Shown piece after piece: positions 49,815 through 62,995 of a stretch of DNA of 64,000 nucleotides. The DNA is from Camelus ferus (Eukaryota). Location of the stretch: the NCBI RefSeq assembly GCF_009834535.1, contig NC_045696.1:88104001-88168000 (forward strand), written 5' to 3'. How positions within the stretch are numbered: position 1 is the stretch's first letter; each line of letters opens with the position of its first letter. Under the pieces are notes generated by a model. It made no database searches. It was not told the origin of the DNA and worked only from the letters and a program-made list of their open reading frames with translations. Both the position numbers and the translations under genes were made by a program.

Positions 49815-50050
49815 CATGATTTATTAAGCACATTGTACAGGCCAAGCAATATTCTGGAAAGCATAAGTTTGCAACTGCGTTTAATAGTCACCACAATTCT
49901 CTGAGACAAGAGTGATCACTGCAACTTCACCAGTGGAGAAAGTGAGACTCCTGGGGGTGAAACTGAGTGCTCAGTGCCTCAGAGGTCAAGTGGTGGGTCT
50001 GGACACTGAACCTGATTCCAAGGCACACAGTGAGTCCACTCTTCTATACG
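49815..50050 (-). mobile_element. MIR SINE
   Basis: atttattaagcacatt...gtttaatagtcaccacaattctctgag...gagaaagtgagactc. Confidence 0.65.
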
Positions 50051-52284
50051 ACGCCACTAAAATAGAAAACTTAGACCCCTATGAAGTGTGGTACACCCAC
50101 CGAGATGTCCTTTCCTTCATCTCACAGAGATGGGCAGAGCCAAAAAAAATGACTAGCTGCTTCAAAGATTCTTCACTCAAAAAATTCAGAGAGGTGATAA
50201 ATAGATCAATATTTGCCAAGAAACATACACTCTGCATCATCATCAAGAAGTGTGTGTGTGTGTGTGTTACATACTCATATGAGGATGTGAGCTGATTACA
50301 CCCTCTCACTCTGTGTCCAGGAAGTGTCCAACCAAGAAACACCCAGGCTACTGTTATTTTCTGTTCCTTCCTTTAAATTCCAGTGGAAGAGCAAAAAAAC
50401 TTATTTCAAAGTGCCAGAAGTGAATAGATTACACAGAATTCAGCCCTAAGAGTCTGTCTAATCAATGTACTGGCCCGTATTTTTCACATTTTATGGGACA
50501 GCAGGGAAAATTGTTGAGAAGAGCCAATTTGCAGCTGTGTTCTTAATTACGCCTTCGATGTGAAAGGAGGCGAATTTTTCAGTAAGAGACTGCAGCTGCA
50601 TTCGTAAGGCAGGAAGACCCAGTGTTGACAGCAGATAATTGAATGCCATCATAGTCCCAGATCCCAAGGTGGACGGAGCAGCCGCCTCTCTGTGTGGCCC
50701 GGTCAAGCCACTTGACTCCTTTGTGCCTCTGCGAAGCCTGCTGCCAAAGTGTGTTCAAGCAGCAGGAGCTGCCTGCGAAACAGATGCTCTATGTGGGTAG
50801 AACTGTCCTGGATAATTATATTCCCCCAAGTCACTGTCATTTGCAAAAGAGTGGAGTTCAAAAGTTCCTGCCTGCATTGAGTGCCTCTGAGCTGTCACAC
50901 CGCTGAGTCACAATTGTCTCTCTCTCACATTGGGCTGCTTACTTTGGGCCATCTTTGAAAGAAAAGTATGAAATCCTGGGGTATCTATACTAATTAGTAC
51001 CCAGTTTAGAGGGGAAGAATGGCCATCCCCCACTCCCGGCATGCAAGAAATGGAACTTTCATTTTTCTACAACTGGACTCAACTTCTGTTCAATCCCTCA
51101 CTCCCTGAGGAGAAGGAAGAGGGCAGTTCAAGGATTACCGCCATTTCCCCTGGGACGGCATTTAATTATCAGGCTGTTTCTATTCCCTGCCACAAGGCAG
51201 TGGGATAGCTGCTGCGTCTGGGTCAGCATCTCTATGTGTTGCATCTGCTAAGACACCGTGATTCCTGTCACCTGTTACAGATGGTCATTGTTGAGTTGTC
51301 CCTTATTCCTGAATGCATGGTTCCTGATAATTCCTCCTGGGGCATGAACATACACGGTTCTGTTGTTACAAGCTATTCAGTGAGGCTGTCTGAGGCCGTT
51401 CACCTCTCCTAGGCATCGTTTAGGAACAGGGGGTTCACCCTACTGTTCCACTATCACAGAGTTATGAGGGAAAACTAAGGGTCCCTCTGAGTAAGCAGGC
51501 ACAAGACCCTGCTCCTCTCAGGTTCCCATCCTCTCTGAATTCCTGTCCTGGGTCCTAGCCAGGAAGTGAGGAGGGATGTCAGAGGGCCCAGGGCCTATCT
51601 CTCAGGAACCCACCTAAATCTAATATTATTTCACTTCCCCTCCTATTCTCCCAATCTCTCTAATTCAGGAAAATTTCTCTGAATTAATTTTTCTGTTTCT
51701 GCTATAACATGCTTAACAAAGGTGATGGATAACTCTTGCTCAGATAGCAAGGAATAAGGAACAACAGAAAACACATAAGTTGGTATCTCAAACACTTCCA
51801 TCCTAACATTAAGTTTGTTGGTTTTACCCTGAATATACCTGGGTGGGTGGGTTCATCTATTTCCTTCTTTTCCCAAACCCTGCCAAATTCATGATGGTGC
51901 CTGCCTTAGCAGCTGGAGGCCTGTCCATCCAGTAAGCACTGGACGGGCCATACTGATTGTTACAGTATTAAATTTGTTCCATATTGTTTGGTAAATAGAG
52001 GCTGTCCAAGGCTACAGGTTTTACCACTGCCACCCTGTCAGCCCCCACCTCTCCACTAGAAACCCCCTTAGGAGCTGAAGCATCATGTCAGCAACTTACT
52101 CTGAAAAAGATTAAAGGAAAATAAGTTCATTGATTCCTCAGTTTTTCTCTAAGTTTGAGATTATTTTAAAATAAATAAAGCTTTTAACTAAAAGAGAAAA
52201 ATAAGAATATAAGATATATAATTAAGAAAAATATCCTATGCAGAGGAGAAGGAGAAAGAATTAGAATTGGCCTACAACAGACAC

Positions 52285-52672
52285 AAAAATCTAAAATAGT
52301 CAAACTCATAGAAGAAGAGAGTGGAATGGTTGATGCCGGGGGCAGCGGGGAGGGGGTGTGGGTAGGTTAGATGGGACAAAGTTTCGGTCATACAAGATAA
52401 ATCTGTTATGCAGCATAGTGCCCATGACTAACAATACTCTATGGTTTACTTACAATTTGCTAAGAGGGTAGATCTCATGTTAAGTGTTCTTACCACAAAT
52501 AATAAGAGTAAAGAAGGCAGGAGGAAACTTTAGGAGGTGATGATTATGTTTATGGCCTTGAAGGCAGTGATGGTTTCAAGGGCATATACTTATCCCCAAA
52601 CTCACAGAGTTGCACACATTAAATAGGGACAGCTCCTCACACCTCACTCAATAAAATGGTTACAAAAAAAAA
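52285..52672 (+). mobile_element. L1MA/L1MB-type 3' end
   Basis: aaaatagtcaaactcatagaag...ttgctaagagggtagatctcatgttaagtgttcttaccaca...ggaaactttaggaggtgatg...aataaa. Confidence 0.85.
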
Positions 52673-52796
52673 GAACTAAAACTGACTCACAGTGGCTTCC
52701 AAGCAAATGCATATGATAAGTCATCTGTCCCTTTGCTCTGTCAGGATGGAAAGAGCCCCCAAGGCATGTTGCCTGATCCAACCACACACTAAAACA

Positions 52797-52903
52797 AGAA
52801 GGAAGGGAGGGAGGGAGGAAGGGAGGAAGGGAGGAAGGAAAGAAAGAAAGAAAGAAAGGGAGGGAGGGAGGGAGGAAGGAAGGAAGGAAGGAAGAAAAAA
52901 AGA
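52797..52903. repeat. Pure-purine (GGAA/GGGA/GAAA)n microsatellite
   Basis: About 105 nt without a pyrimidine on the + strand. Confidence 0.95.
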
Positions 52904-53479
52904 ATGAGATCTGGAGAATCAAGGACCGAAGAGAATAAGTTATTAATAGCACTTATAGACATATCACTGTATTATTTTAAATAGTTCTAACCGACTTATC
53001 GAGAATTGTGTATTAGAAATACAAATCATGGAGTTGTATCTTTAAATCTGGAATATTAAAATGTGCTCTAATAATGACTAAAATCATTATCACTGTTAGC
53101 TCTCGACCAGAAACAAAATCAGTTAAAAATGATTTTACTATCTCTCATTTCTTTAGCCAAATAAAAGCAGCAAAATTAGTCATAATGGAGTTAATTACCT
53201 TTTCATCAAAGTACTGGCAGTGGCAATCTGACTTCTACTTCTTTGTAAAACCCCTATGTCTGAAAGATTCCTTAATTACACACGTAGCTTATGCAAGGCA
53301 AAACCCAGCCCAATTCTCACATCTATTACCACAGAAAGAACTTCAAATTACTTTCCTATGGCTGAATAGAGAAACTGCCTGAAAAATGCTGACCCAAAAC
53401 TTTCTCTTTCCTAATGGTAAAGAAATTGAAACAGATCCAGCAGAGTTGTCAAGGAGACAGGAAAATAAATGAACAAAGT

Positions 53480-53750
53480 GTAGTGTAGTGGTTAAGAGCA
53501 CAAAGTCTTGAGTCAGACTTCCCACCTATAAATCCTGGCTCTACCACTATGGAGCTGTGTGATTTGGGGGAAGTTACCTAACCTCTTTGTGCTCCAGGAT
53601 TCTCATTTGTAAAATAAGGATTATAATAGTATCTACTGTGCAAAGCTGTTGCAGGATTTAATGGATAGTTTTATGCAAAGCGCTTCCAGCAGTAACTGGT
53701 TCATGATAAGTGATCGATGGTATCACTCATTATTTAAATTGTTATTATTT
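53480..53750 (+). mobile_element. MIR SINE, near full length
   Basis: tagtgtagtggttaagagcac...aaatcctggctctaccact...agttacctaacctctttgtgc...ctcatttgtaaaataaggattataatagtatctac. Confidence 0.9.
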
Positions 53751-54162
53751 ATTGCTTTCTTATATGCAGAAGCACTGTTCTCAAAACAGAGTCCTAAGAG
53801 TTATTCAGATTCTTCCATATTTCATAGCCAAGTATCCCAGTAGATACAATAAAACGGTATTATACTCAAAGCAGGCTAATTTACTGCCTTAACTGATTTG
53901 ATTAGTTGTGTCAAAGCAAAGAATCCAAGTTACTCTAGCAAAAAAAAATTATAATTATATATATATACTATATATATACATAGTTGTTAGACTGAATCAT
54001 TCAAATTATGTTGCGACTTCCAGATAATCTGACTAGCATCTGACTAGTTTGACCAATAAAGCCAGTAACAATAGACTATTCCACTTGCACACAAAGAAAA
54101 ACAGCAATAGTCTAAGTTTCCCAGAGCATTTTAACATTGATCTCAGATACTGATGAGAACAA

Positions 54163-54231
54163 CTTTTTTTTAATTGAGGTATAGCTAATTTGCAATGTTG
54201 TGTTAGTTTCTGGTGTACAGCAAAGTAATTC

Positions 54232-54309
<78 letters not shown>

Positions 54310-54887
54310 TTTTTCATTATAGGTTATTACAAGTTTCCTGAATATAGTTCCCTGTGCTATACAGTAGGACCTTCTTGTTTACCTATTTTATATATAGTAG
54401 TTTATACATGCTAACCCCAAACTCCTAATTTATCCCTTCCCCCTCTTTCCCCTTTGGTAACCATAAGTTGTTTTTCTAAGTCTAGGAGTCTGTTTCTATT
54501 TTATATATAGATTCATTTGCATTATTTTTTAGATTCCATGTATAAGTGATATGATATTTGTCTTTCTCTGACTCACTTCACTTGGTATGATAATCTCTAG
54601 ATCCATCCATGTTGCTGAAAATGGCATTATTTCATTCTTTCATATGGCTGAGTAATATAACACATTGTATATATATACCATATCTACTTAAACCAGTCGT
54701 TTGTTGATGGGCATTTGGTTTGTTTCCATGTCTTTTCTCTTGTAAGTAGTGCTGCTATGAACATTGGGGTACACAGATATTTTTGAATTAGAATTTGTCT
54801 TTTCTGGATATATGCCTAGGGATAGGATTGCTGGATCATATAGTAGCTCTATTTTTAGTTTTTTAAGGAATCTCTATACCGTTTTCC
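54163..54887 (-). mobile_element. 5'-truncated camelid-type L1 (ORF2 end and 3'UTR)
   Basis: Reverse complement of 30100-30790-type sequence (atatagttccctgtgctatacag; ttttagttttttaaggaatctc...gttttcca). Confidence 0.9.
54235..54306. repeat. (TA)36 perfect microsatellite inside an L1 3'UTR
   Basis: Direct count. Confidence 0.95.
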
Positions 54888-55079
54888 AGAACAGTCATTT
54901 TAAACTCAACACCAGACATGGTCTTTCACAACTACAGAATCTGAACAGGGCTTTCAGAGAGACTGAAAGTAATGACAGAAGCTTTCCTCTTCGTATTAAC
55001 ACAAGACTTCTCTAATAGCAATGTTGTCATCATTTTTTTTTAACTAAGAATGATCCTTAAGGTAAATGAGTCTCTTTTC

Positions 55080-55640
55080 TATGTCAAAATAAAAATGAGA
55101 GGAAACCAAGAAATCAAAGGAAAAAATAGGCATTTCTGACTATATAAGAATTAAAATAATGTTCTAGGTGAAAAAAATCCCATCAAAATGAGCATTAAAA
55201 GAGGAGAAATAAACAGAATAAAAACAACCAAAAACCATAGAATAGGTTAAGGGTCAACTTCAAAGTACAGAGTTCTTGCCAATTTATAACAAAAAGATAA
55301 TTTCGTTTTTTAAAAATGGGCAAAAGTTATGAATAGTCACATAGAGGAAGTTCAAATGACCCATCAATATGTGAAAAGATATTCAATTTCACTAGTCATC
55401 AAGAAATGCAAATTAAAATGAAGTTGAAACACTATTTTTCAGCTGTAAGACCAGAAAAGATAAGAAAATAATAATATATAGTGCCAATGTAATACATGTC
55501 AGTGGAAGTGTGAATTGCTCTATCAGTTTTGGAAAGTGATTTGGAAATATTAATCAAAATTATAAACATATACTTCCTTTGTTCCAGAAATCTCACCTCT
55601 ATAGAAATAAAAGTAACAGCAAGTAAATGAGTGTGTATGG
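55080..55640 (+). mobile_element. L1ME-type ORF2 3' remnant (further pieces ~56420-56865 and ~57530-57900)
   Basis: aaaatgggcaaaag...gtgaaaagatattcaatttcactagtcatcaagaaatgcaaattaaaa. Confidence 0.7.
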
Positions 55641-55687
55641 TATTACTATATACACATATATATACTTAAATATACTACATATATATG

Positions 55688-56361
55688 GTATTCATTTTCT
55701 ATTGCTGTTACAAATTATCAAAAATTTAGTGGCTTAGAACACAAATTTATTACAGCAACACAATTACAACTCTGGAGGTCAGAAGTCTAAAATCAAAGTG
55801 TCAGCAGGTCCGAATTCCTTCTGGAGGCTCCCTTTCCAGCTTCTAGAGACTATTTCCTTGCCTTTTCTAGTTTCTGGAGGCCACCTCCCTACCTCAGGTC
55901 ATGGCCTGTTCCTGCCATCAATCTGAACTCTGCTTCTGTCATCACATTTTTTCTGCCTCTGATCCTCCTGCCTCTCTCTTATGAGGACACTTACGATTAC
56001 AGTGGGCCTACGTGGGTAACCCATGATAATCTCCCACATCCTTAATTTATATTAACTACTATATATAAAAATAGATAAAAAACAAATTTCTTCTGTATAA
56101 CACAGGCAACTATATTTGATATCTTGTAATAATCTTTAATGAAAAAGAATATGAAAGCAAATATATGTCTGTATATGTATGACTGGGACATTGTGCGGTA
56201 CACTGGAAATTGACATATTGTAACTGACTGTACTTCAATTTAAAAAAATCCTTAATTTGATCATGTCCTCACAGTCCCTTTTGCTGGTAAGATAACATAT
56301 TCACAGGTTCCAGGGATTAGGACTTGAGTATCTTTGGGAGGTCACTATCCTGTCTACCACA
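55688..56361 (-). mobile_element. MaLR solo LTR (MLT1C/D-like)
   Basis: tctggaggtcagaagtctaaaatcaaagtgtcagcagg...taacatattcacaggttccagggattaggac...ctaccaca. Confidence 0.85.
56049..56247 (+). mobile_element. Camelid-type L1 3' end nested in the MLT1 LTR
   Basis: Same 3'UTR type as 9037-9291; perfect 11-bp TSD atccttaattt at 56038-56048 and 56248-56258. Confidence 0.92.
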
Positions 56362-56363
56362 TT

Positions 56364-56366
<3 letters not shown>

Positions 56367-56411
<45 letters not shown>
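56367..56411. repeat. (AC)22 microsatellite
   Basis: Direct inspection. Confidence 0.95.
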
Positions 56412-56413
<2 letters not shown>

Positions 56414-56867
56414 GCTATTCAGAAATGACACTGGGGTAATAATCTCCTCCACAAAAGAGAAATTAAAGTGGGGTTCCTACCATGCACCAAAATCAAAAAT
56501 AAATTCTGAAGGAACTAGAGTCTAGGAATGCAAAAAATAAAACTCTGAATCTCTTAGGAAAGGGATAGGGGAATAAAATTTTGTTGAGAGAAATGATCCT
56601 TAATGTAGAGACAACATGCCCTTGCATTTGCACTTCTGAGAATATGTCCCAGGGGAATTCTGATACATGTGTACAAGGAGATATGTACCATTATTTCTAT
56701 TGCAGCAAGATTCATAGTGGCCAAAAATTATAAATAACCTAAATATCCATTAATAGGATGATGGATGAATCAAATGTGAAACAGCACATGACGAAACATT
56801 CTACAGTAATTAAAGTGAAAAAAACTCTATATGACTAATTCTTCAAAAACAGTGTTAAATGAAAAGG

Positions 56868-57430
56868 AAGATGTCATTCTTCTGTTCAAAACCCAGAAAT
56901 GGCTCCTTGTTTCACTCAAAACAGCTAAAGACTCTACAACGACCTATAGGCCCTATGCAAACCAGGTCTCCTATTACTCCTTTGGCCATATTTACCATGT
57001 GTTTCGCTCCAGCCACACAGGCCTCCTGGCCACCCGCAGACACACTCCCACCTTGGATCTTTTGCACTGGATATACCCTCTGCCTGGAATTCTCCTCCCC
57101 CATAATTCCTTCATCTTCAAAATTTTGGTCAAATTCCTTCTAATCAATGAGACCTGTCCTAACCACTCAAATTATAATTGCAACTCACCCCCAAAACTCC
57201 CAAATCCCTTTCCCTGTTCCACTTTTTCTTTTTTCCTTAGTACTTATCACTTTCTAACACATTGTATAATCCAATTTTTATTGTGTTTATTGTTTAATGG
57301 CTGTCTCCTTGGCTGTAAAATATACTCCATGAGGGCTGGGATTTTGTTTTGTCCTCAGGTATTTCCTAAGAGCTGGAATAGTGTCTGACATACAGCAGAT
57401 GCTCAGTAAATATCTACTAAATTAATGAAT
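56868..57430 (+). mobile_element. L2a-type 3' end
   Basis: tgtcattcttctgttcaaaacc...ccctctgcctggaattctc...ctccatgagggctggga...atagtgtctgacatacagcagatgctcagtaaatat...taatgaat. Confidence 0.85.
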
Positions 57431-58209
57431 ACAGGGATATTTATTGGAGTATTGTTGTAGTGGGGAAAAAAAAAAAACCTTGAGAAACACTGAATGCCGA
57501 CTGTAGAGAAATAACAGAATAAATTCCTGATTATAGAATATCATAAGCCTATTTAAAAAGCATGAGATAAATCTGTATCTGCTGACTTCAGAGAGGTTCT
57601 TGATGGAGAAGAAATATAGTGATATATACCAGGCTTGGCACAATGGTTACCTTAAGAAAGAGAAGAGGAAAAATGTTTAATAATAATAAAAGATTAATAA
57701 AATGGAAAAAACTTCTGATGTAATATTAAGTAAAAATAGACTACAAAGTTCTAGCTATATTATTACTGCAGTATGTAAAACTTTTAAGTAGATATAATCA
57801 GTGATTACAAAATAACAGACGTTAAAAATGTTGACTAGTTTTCAATGGACAATTTTTGTCTCAGCTTTGTTATTTTAATAGGTTTTATAAGTAACATTTT
57901 TAAAAGAAAGAATATAAAGAAATCTTGACCTATATATTTTCACACCAAAAAAAAAAAAAAACTTTAAAAAAGAAGGATTATCATTGATTCTTGAAGTAGA
58001 AAGACTCCTTGGTTAATTAATCTTTCTCCCCATGCAAACACATTCAGTCCAGGAGTATATCTCATTCAGTCTTTTCCTAGCATTATCAAAGAAATGAATA
58101 TTTCCCAAAATAAACCTCTTATGTGCAAAATAAATCTGCCACTTAAACCTATTTAGCATTGGAAACAGTGAAAGTAAATTCACTGTTTTCCTCTCAATAA
58201 TATTATGCT

Positions 58210-58440
58210 ATTTTACACAAACAGTATATTTAATAGTTACTTTTCAAATTGCTTTCAAATAATTTTTTCTTATGATCCTTTTTTTTAAAAAAGAAAAGTT
58301 ATAAAAAACTGGAAGAGCAGATATTCTTAGCCTGATCTCATAAATGGAAAGGAGAAAGTTTGAATGACTACTCAAGGTCACTCAGCTAGCTAAGTAGGAA
58401 CAGTGCCCAGTTACCCTGTCTCCTACTTCAGTGTTTTTCC
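58210..58440 (-). mobile_element. MIR fragment
   Basis: gaatgactactcaaggtcactcagctagctaagtagg. Confidence 0.6.
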
Positions 58441-59694
58441 ATTTTTGTCAGTAAAAATCTGACAGTCAAATTTTTACAGCAGTTTTAAAAAGTACTAGTG
58501 AAATATTTTATCAAGACTCTCCTGTCTTCAGCTGAGGTGATCACTCACCAATGGCTTTTCCTTTGGGATAGAAGAAATATTGGATTTTATAACTGCCAAA
58601 TCATAGTCACCTCCCAAGAGTCACCAATGGGAATAAAGATCAGACTATTTAGAATGGCATCCACATCACTGCTTCTAATTTATAACCACCAGGAGAAAGA
58701 AAGTTGATGGCAAACTAAATAAGTCAATAACACAATATATATTCTGAGTAAGTGGGTCAAGATTAGTTCTTTTGATATTAAGGAAAAATCTTCACCAATG
58801 GATCTTAAAGATGTCCAATTGTTTTTTCATTTATTTTTCAATTGACAGGAATAAATATAAATGCAAATCTTTCCTTTTTTCCAGAGGAAACAGAGAACAT
58901 GTCAGGCTAGGAAAGGTCAAGAATAAAAGGATAAGAAAACACAAAAGGAATGAACAAGTATGATCAGAAAGTTTCCCCCTTAGTGTTGTGTCGTCCTGAT
59001 CCACCTAACCTAGTCCTTTGGTTACTTTCCACTTTAGAGGTGACTGACTTGTGCTGATGCTTTGTATTCTCACTTTCCACCAGTGAAGAACTGCCTGCAT
59101 TTGCAAGATGGATGACTTGTCATAGAGTCACTCTCTGTGGCCAAGTAAAGAATGAAGACACCTCCTCTTCCAGTGATAAAACCTTCATCGTCAATTGACT
59201 TCATTATTACTACATGTTCCTATGCCCACAAACTAAGGAGAAGAGATAAAACAGAGAAAGAAGGCAACCAAGAGAACTTTGCCGTACAGAAGGGTGGGTG
59301 CTAGTGGCACCCAGAATTTCTCTTACAATCTTCTACTGAGACCAAATAGAAACACAGCACTTTTCCCGGTGTACATAGCTGATTCCTTGTACTTTTGACA
59401 GCTCTATCATATAAGTTACCTATAGGGACCGTCCCCATCCCACAAAACAAACAAAAATTTCCATCTGGGAAGTTAGAAGAGTTTGTGCTAAATCTTTGGG
59501 GGAGAAAAAAGAGAGAGATGTAGAAATAGAGTACTGAGGTCCTCAGCAAATCAAGAACAATGAAGTGTTAAGATTTCAGCCCCAAGAAAATGTCATAAAA
59601 AGAACTCCTTACCAAACTTGGACTTTTCAAAATGGCTATAACATTGCATATTCCTGCCTACTGATCAATTCCCCTTGGTCCCCCCTGCCCCAGC

Positions 59695-59729
59695 ACACAC
59701 ACACATACACATACACACACACACACACA
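59695..59729. repeat. (CA)n microsatellite, interrupted
   Basis: Direct inspection. Confidence 0.9.
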
Positions 59730-60629
59730 TTCTGAAGTGCTGGGAGCTGTCCATGATGTGGTACTGGTGGTAATGGTGATTGTTTTAGTGGGCTTGGTTT
59801 ATTCTGGTTTTGCTTTCATTTTATATTGAGTTTGAAATTTAAAACACCTTTAGGTTGCCCCTTACATTTTTATGAACAAGATATTTAGGTGGATATATTA
59901 TAAATGTAAAACAAGTATATTGAGTGGCCATGAAAAATAAAATTTATGGATTTTTGGAATATATTCTGACAGTGGTAAATGTTTTCACATTGTATGATTT
60001 TATGGTATGATCTGAAATTCTCCAAAAAGGAATGAGCTAAATAAAATGGGACACCACGCAAAGGTAGCCCCTATTAGAAATTGTTCTGATAATCAGGATG
60101 AATAAAACCAAAATAAAAACTTAATAAGATCAAGAAGATAAAATTACAGTGCTAGAAAATGGCACACATGAAACTGCGTGTGCTGAGACTTGGGAGAGAG
60201 AGGATCCTCTTGTGAGAGAGAGGACACTCCTGCCTGGCTCTGCTCCCACAGGCTTCATACTGTCCTGGCTGAAGGCTAGTGTCTTCACTTGTACAATGAC
60301 AGGGTAACCCAGTATAACTCTTGGGACAGTCATGAGGTTTAAAATAAATTAGTTTGGTAAGAAAGAATTTAGAAATTTATATGTCACTTTATCACTTACT
60401 AATACAATTATCAAAGATAAAAACCATCTTAAGATATGCAGGTTATTAAATACTGGGTGGAAAATGAAACAAAGGAGCAAAGATTGTTATTAAGGGCTAT
60501 GTTTTTGTCATACTATCACTTATTTAAAAACTAAGACAAAGTACTCTGTTTAGCAGTTTCAGGAAGCACAGGAATACCACCAACAACAACAAAAGAGTAA
60601 GCTTTGCATCTGTACACTAACTTACAACT

Positions 60630-60770
60630 GAAACCTCATGTCACCTTTCCAATGTGGCTATTATTATTCCTGTTTTATAATTGGGAGAAATATTAAATGA
60701 CCTGCCCAAGGTATCTCAGCTCTAAACTGCAGAGCCAGGGCTGAAATCCAATCTCCTGACATCTGCTCAT
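60630..60770 (-). mobile_element. MIR fragment
   Basis: tattattattcctgttttata...ttaaatgacctgcccaaggt...gcagagccagggctgaaatcca. Confidence 0.7.
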
Positions 60771-60849
60771 TTGCTCTTTTTAAAAAGTGCTATTTAACAA
60801 GCAAATCTGCTAATGAAGCTAAATGCTGCTATTAAATGACCAAATTCAA

Positions 60850-61530
60850 GTTAAAAATTGTTAAGGATAAAATAACGTGTTGGTGAGGATATAGAAATTA
60901 GAACACTTGTATACTGCTGGTGGAGATGTAATATGGTACAGCCACCATGGAAAACAGTATGGTGTTTACTAAAAATTAAACATAGAATTACCATAGGATC
61001 CAACAATTCCACTTCTGGGTTGAAAAGTTCACTTCTAAATTGAACCCAGGGCTGCCAAAAGGTGGAAGCAACCCAAGTGTCCAACCCAATTCATTGACAG
61101 ATGAATGGATAAACAAAATATGGCATATGCATACAATAGACTATTATACACCCTTAAAAGAAGGCAATTCTAACACACGCTACAACACAGATGAACCCTG
61201 AAGATATTTCACTAGGTGAAATAAACCGGCACAAAAGACCAAATGCTGTATGATTCAACTTATATGAGCTGCCTAGTATAGTCAAACTCATAGACAGAAA
61301 ACAGAATAGTGGTCACTAGAGACTGGGAGGAGGAGAAATAGGAAGTTCTTGTTTAATAAAGACAGTTTCAGTTTGGCAAGATGAAGAGAGACCTGGACAT
61401 AGGTTATGGTGATAGTTGCACAACGTGAACATACATAATGTCACTGAACCGTACACTTTAAAATGGTTAAAATGGTAAACTTTTGTTGTGTAACACATAT
61501 TTTCCATAACTTATAAACAAATAAACATTT
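60850..61530 (+). mobile_element. L1MB-type 3' end
   Basis: gtgttggtgaggatatagaaattagaacact...ggtggaagcaacccaagtgtcc...acagtttcagtttggcaagatgaa...gtacactttaaaatggttaaaatggtaaac. Confidence 0.88.
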
Positions 61531-61558
61531 AAATAACATCCATTATATGGAAAGTATC

Positions 61559-61997
61559 TATGACGGTTAAGTTCATCCATCAACTTGGCTAGACTATAGT
61601 GGCCATTTGGTCAAATACTAGTCTAGGTATTACTGGAAAGGCATTTTTTAGATGTGATTAACATTTCAAATCACTTGACTTTCAGTAAGTTTATGAAAGT
61701 TTATTACCCTCTGTATTGTGAGTGGGCCTTAAGAGCAAAAACTGGTTTCTGGAAGAAAAAAAATCTGCCTCCATACAGCAACACAGAAATTCTGCCTAAG
61801 TTCCAGCCTTCAGACTCAAGACTACAACCTCAACTCTTACCTGCATCTCCAACCTGCAGGTTGTCCTAAGGATTTCACACTTGCCAACCCCCACACTTGT
61901 GTAGACAATTTCTTAAAATAAACTAAATACCATTCTCTGTCTCTCTCTCTCTCATATCCTACTGGTTCTGTTTCTCTGCAAATCCTTGATTAATATA
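61559..61997 (+). mobile_element. ERVL solo LTR (MLT2-like)
   Basis: tgacggttaagttc...tcaacttggctagact...ggtcaaatactagtctagg...ctactggttctgtttctctg...gattaatata. Confidence 0.85.
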
Positions 61998-62049
61998 ATA
62001 TCTAAAAATCTTAAAGAAAAGCAGAGTCTTAAATAAAACCCAATGTGTT

Positions 62050-62995
62050 TAATATTAGTATTCAGCAGAAATGCAAATCAAAATTACAATGAGATATCAT
62101 TACAGATGTATCAGAGTAGCCAAAATGAAAAATAGTGATAACACCAAATGCTGGCACGTATACAGAGAAACTGGATCACTCATACATTGCTGGTGAGAAT
62201 ATAAAATGGCACAACCACTCTAAGAAATAATTTGGCAGTCCCTTTCAAAACTCAAAATGGACTTATTATATGGTCTAGCAATTTGTACTTTGATCTAGAA
62301 ATTGATACTTTGATTATACAGAGAAATAAACATTTATTTTTCACAGAAGAACTGATACACAAATATTTATAGCAGATTCATTCATATTTGCCAAAAACTG
62401 GAAACAACCTAGATGCTTTTCAAAGGATGAATGGTTCAACAAACTGTTGTGCACGCATGCCATGGCATACTACTCAGCAACAAAAAACAATAAACCAATG
62501 AACACAGCAATCCGAATGAACCTCCAAAAATGATGCTGAGGGAACAAAATAAATCTCAAAAGATTTCGTTTTGCAAGATTCCATCTCTATAACAATCATG
62601 AAATGACATAATTATAGAAAAAGAGAACAGATTAGTGGTTGCCTCGGAGGAGGAAAGGGGGAAGAAATGGAGATACTATGAAAGGGAACACAGAAGTAAT
62701 GTGGTGATTGTGCATTTGAGTATCTTGATGTGGTAGTGGTTACACAGGTTACACATGTGATAAAGTTGCATAGAGCTACATACACACACACACACACAAA
62801 TGGTGCATGTGTAACTGATGAAATCTGAATGATCTTTATGGATTGTGCCAATGTCATATTCTTGGTTGTGACATTGTCCTGTGGTTGTGTGGTATACTGG
62901 CATTGGAGGCTTAGGAAGGGTTGTATGGGACATTCTTGTATATTTTTGTAAATTTCTGGAAACTTACAATTACTTCAAATTAAAAGTTAAATAAA
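62050..62995 (+). mobile_element. L1MC-type 3' end
   Basis: gaaatgcaaatcaaaattacaatgagatatca...aaactggatcactcatacattgctggtg...atggattgtgccaatgtcatattcttggttgtgacattgt. Confidence 0.85.

Noticed and set aside
56831..57388. 185-aa ORF
   Set aside because: Lies within an L2 3' region; chance open frame.
58163..58188. 10-bp stem hairpin aaacagtgaa / ttcactgttt
   Set aside because: Short and AT-rich; plausible by chance in 64 kb.
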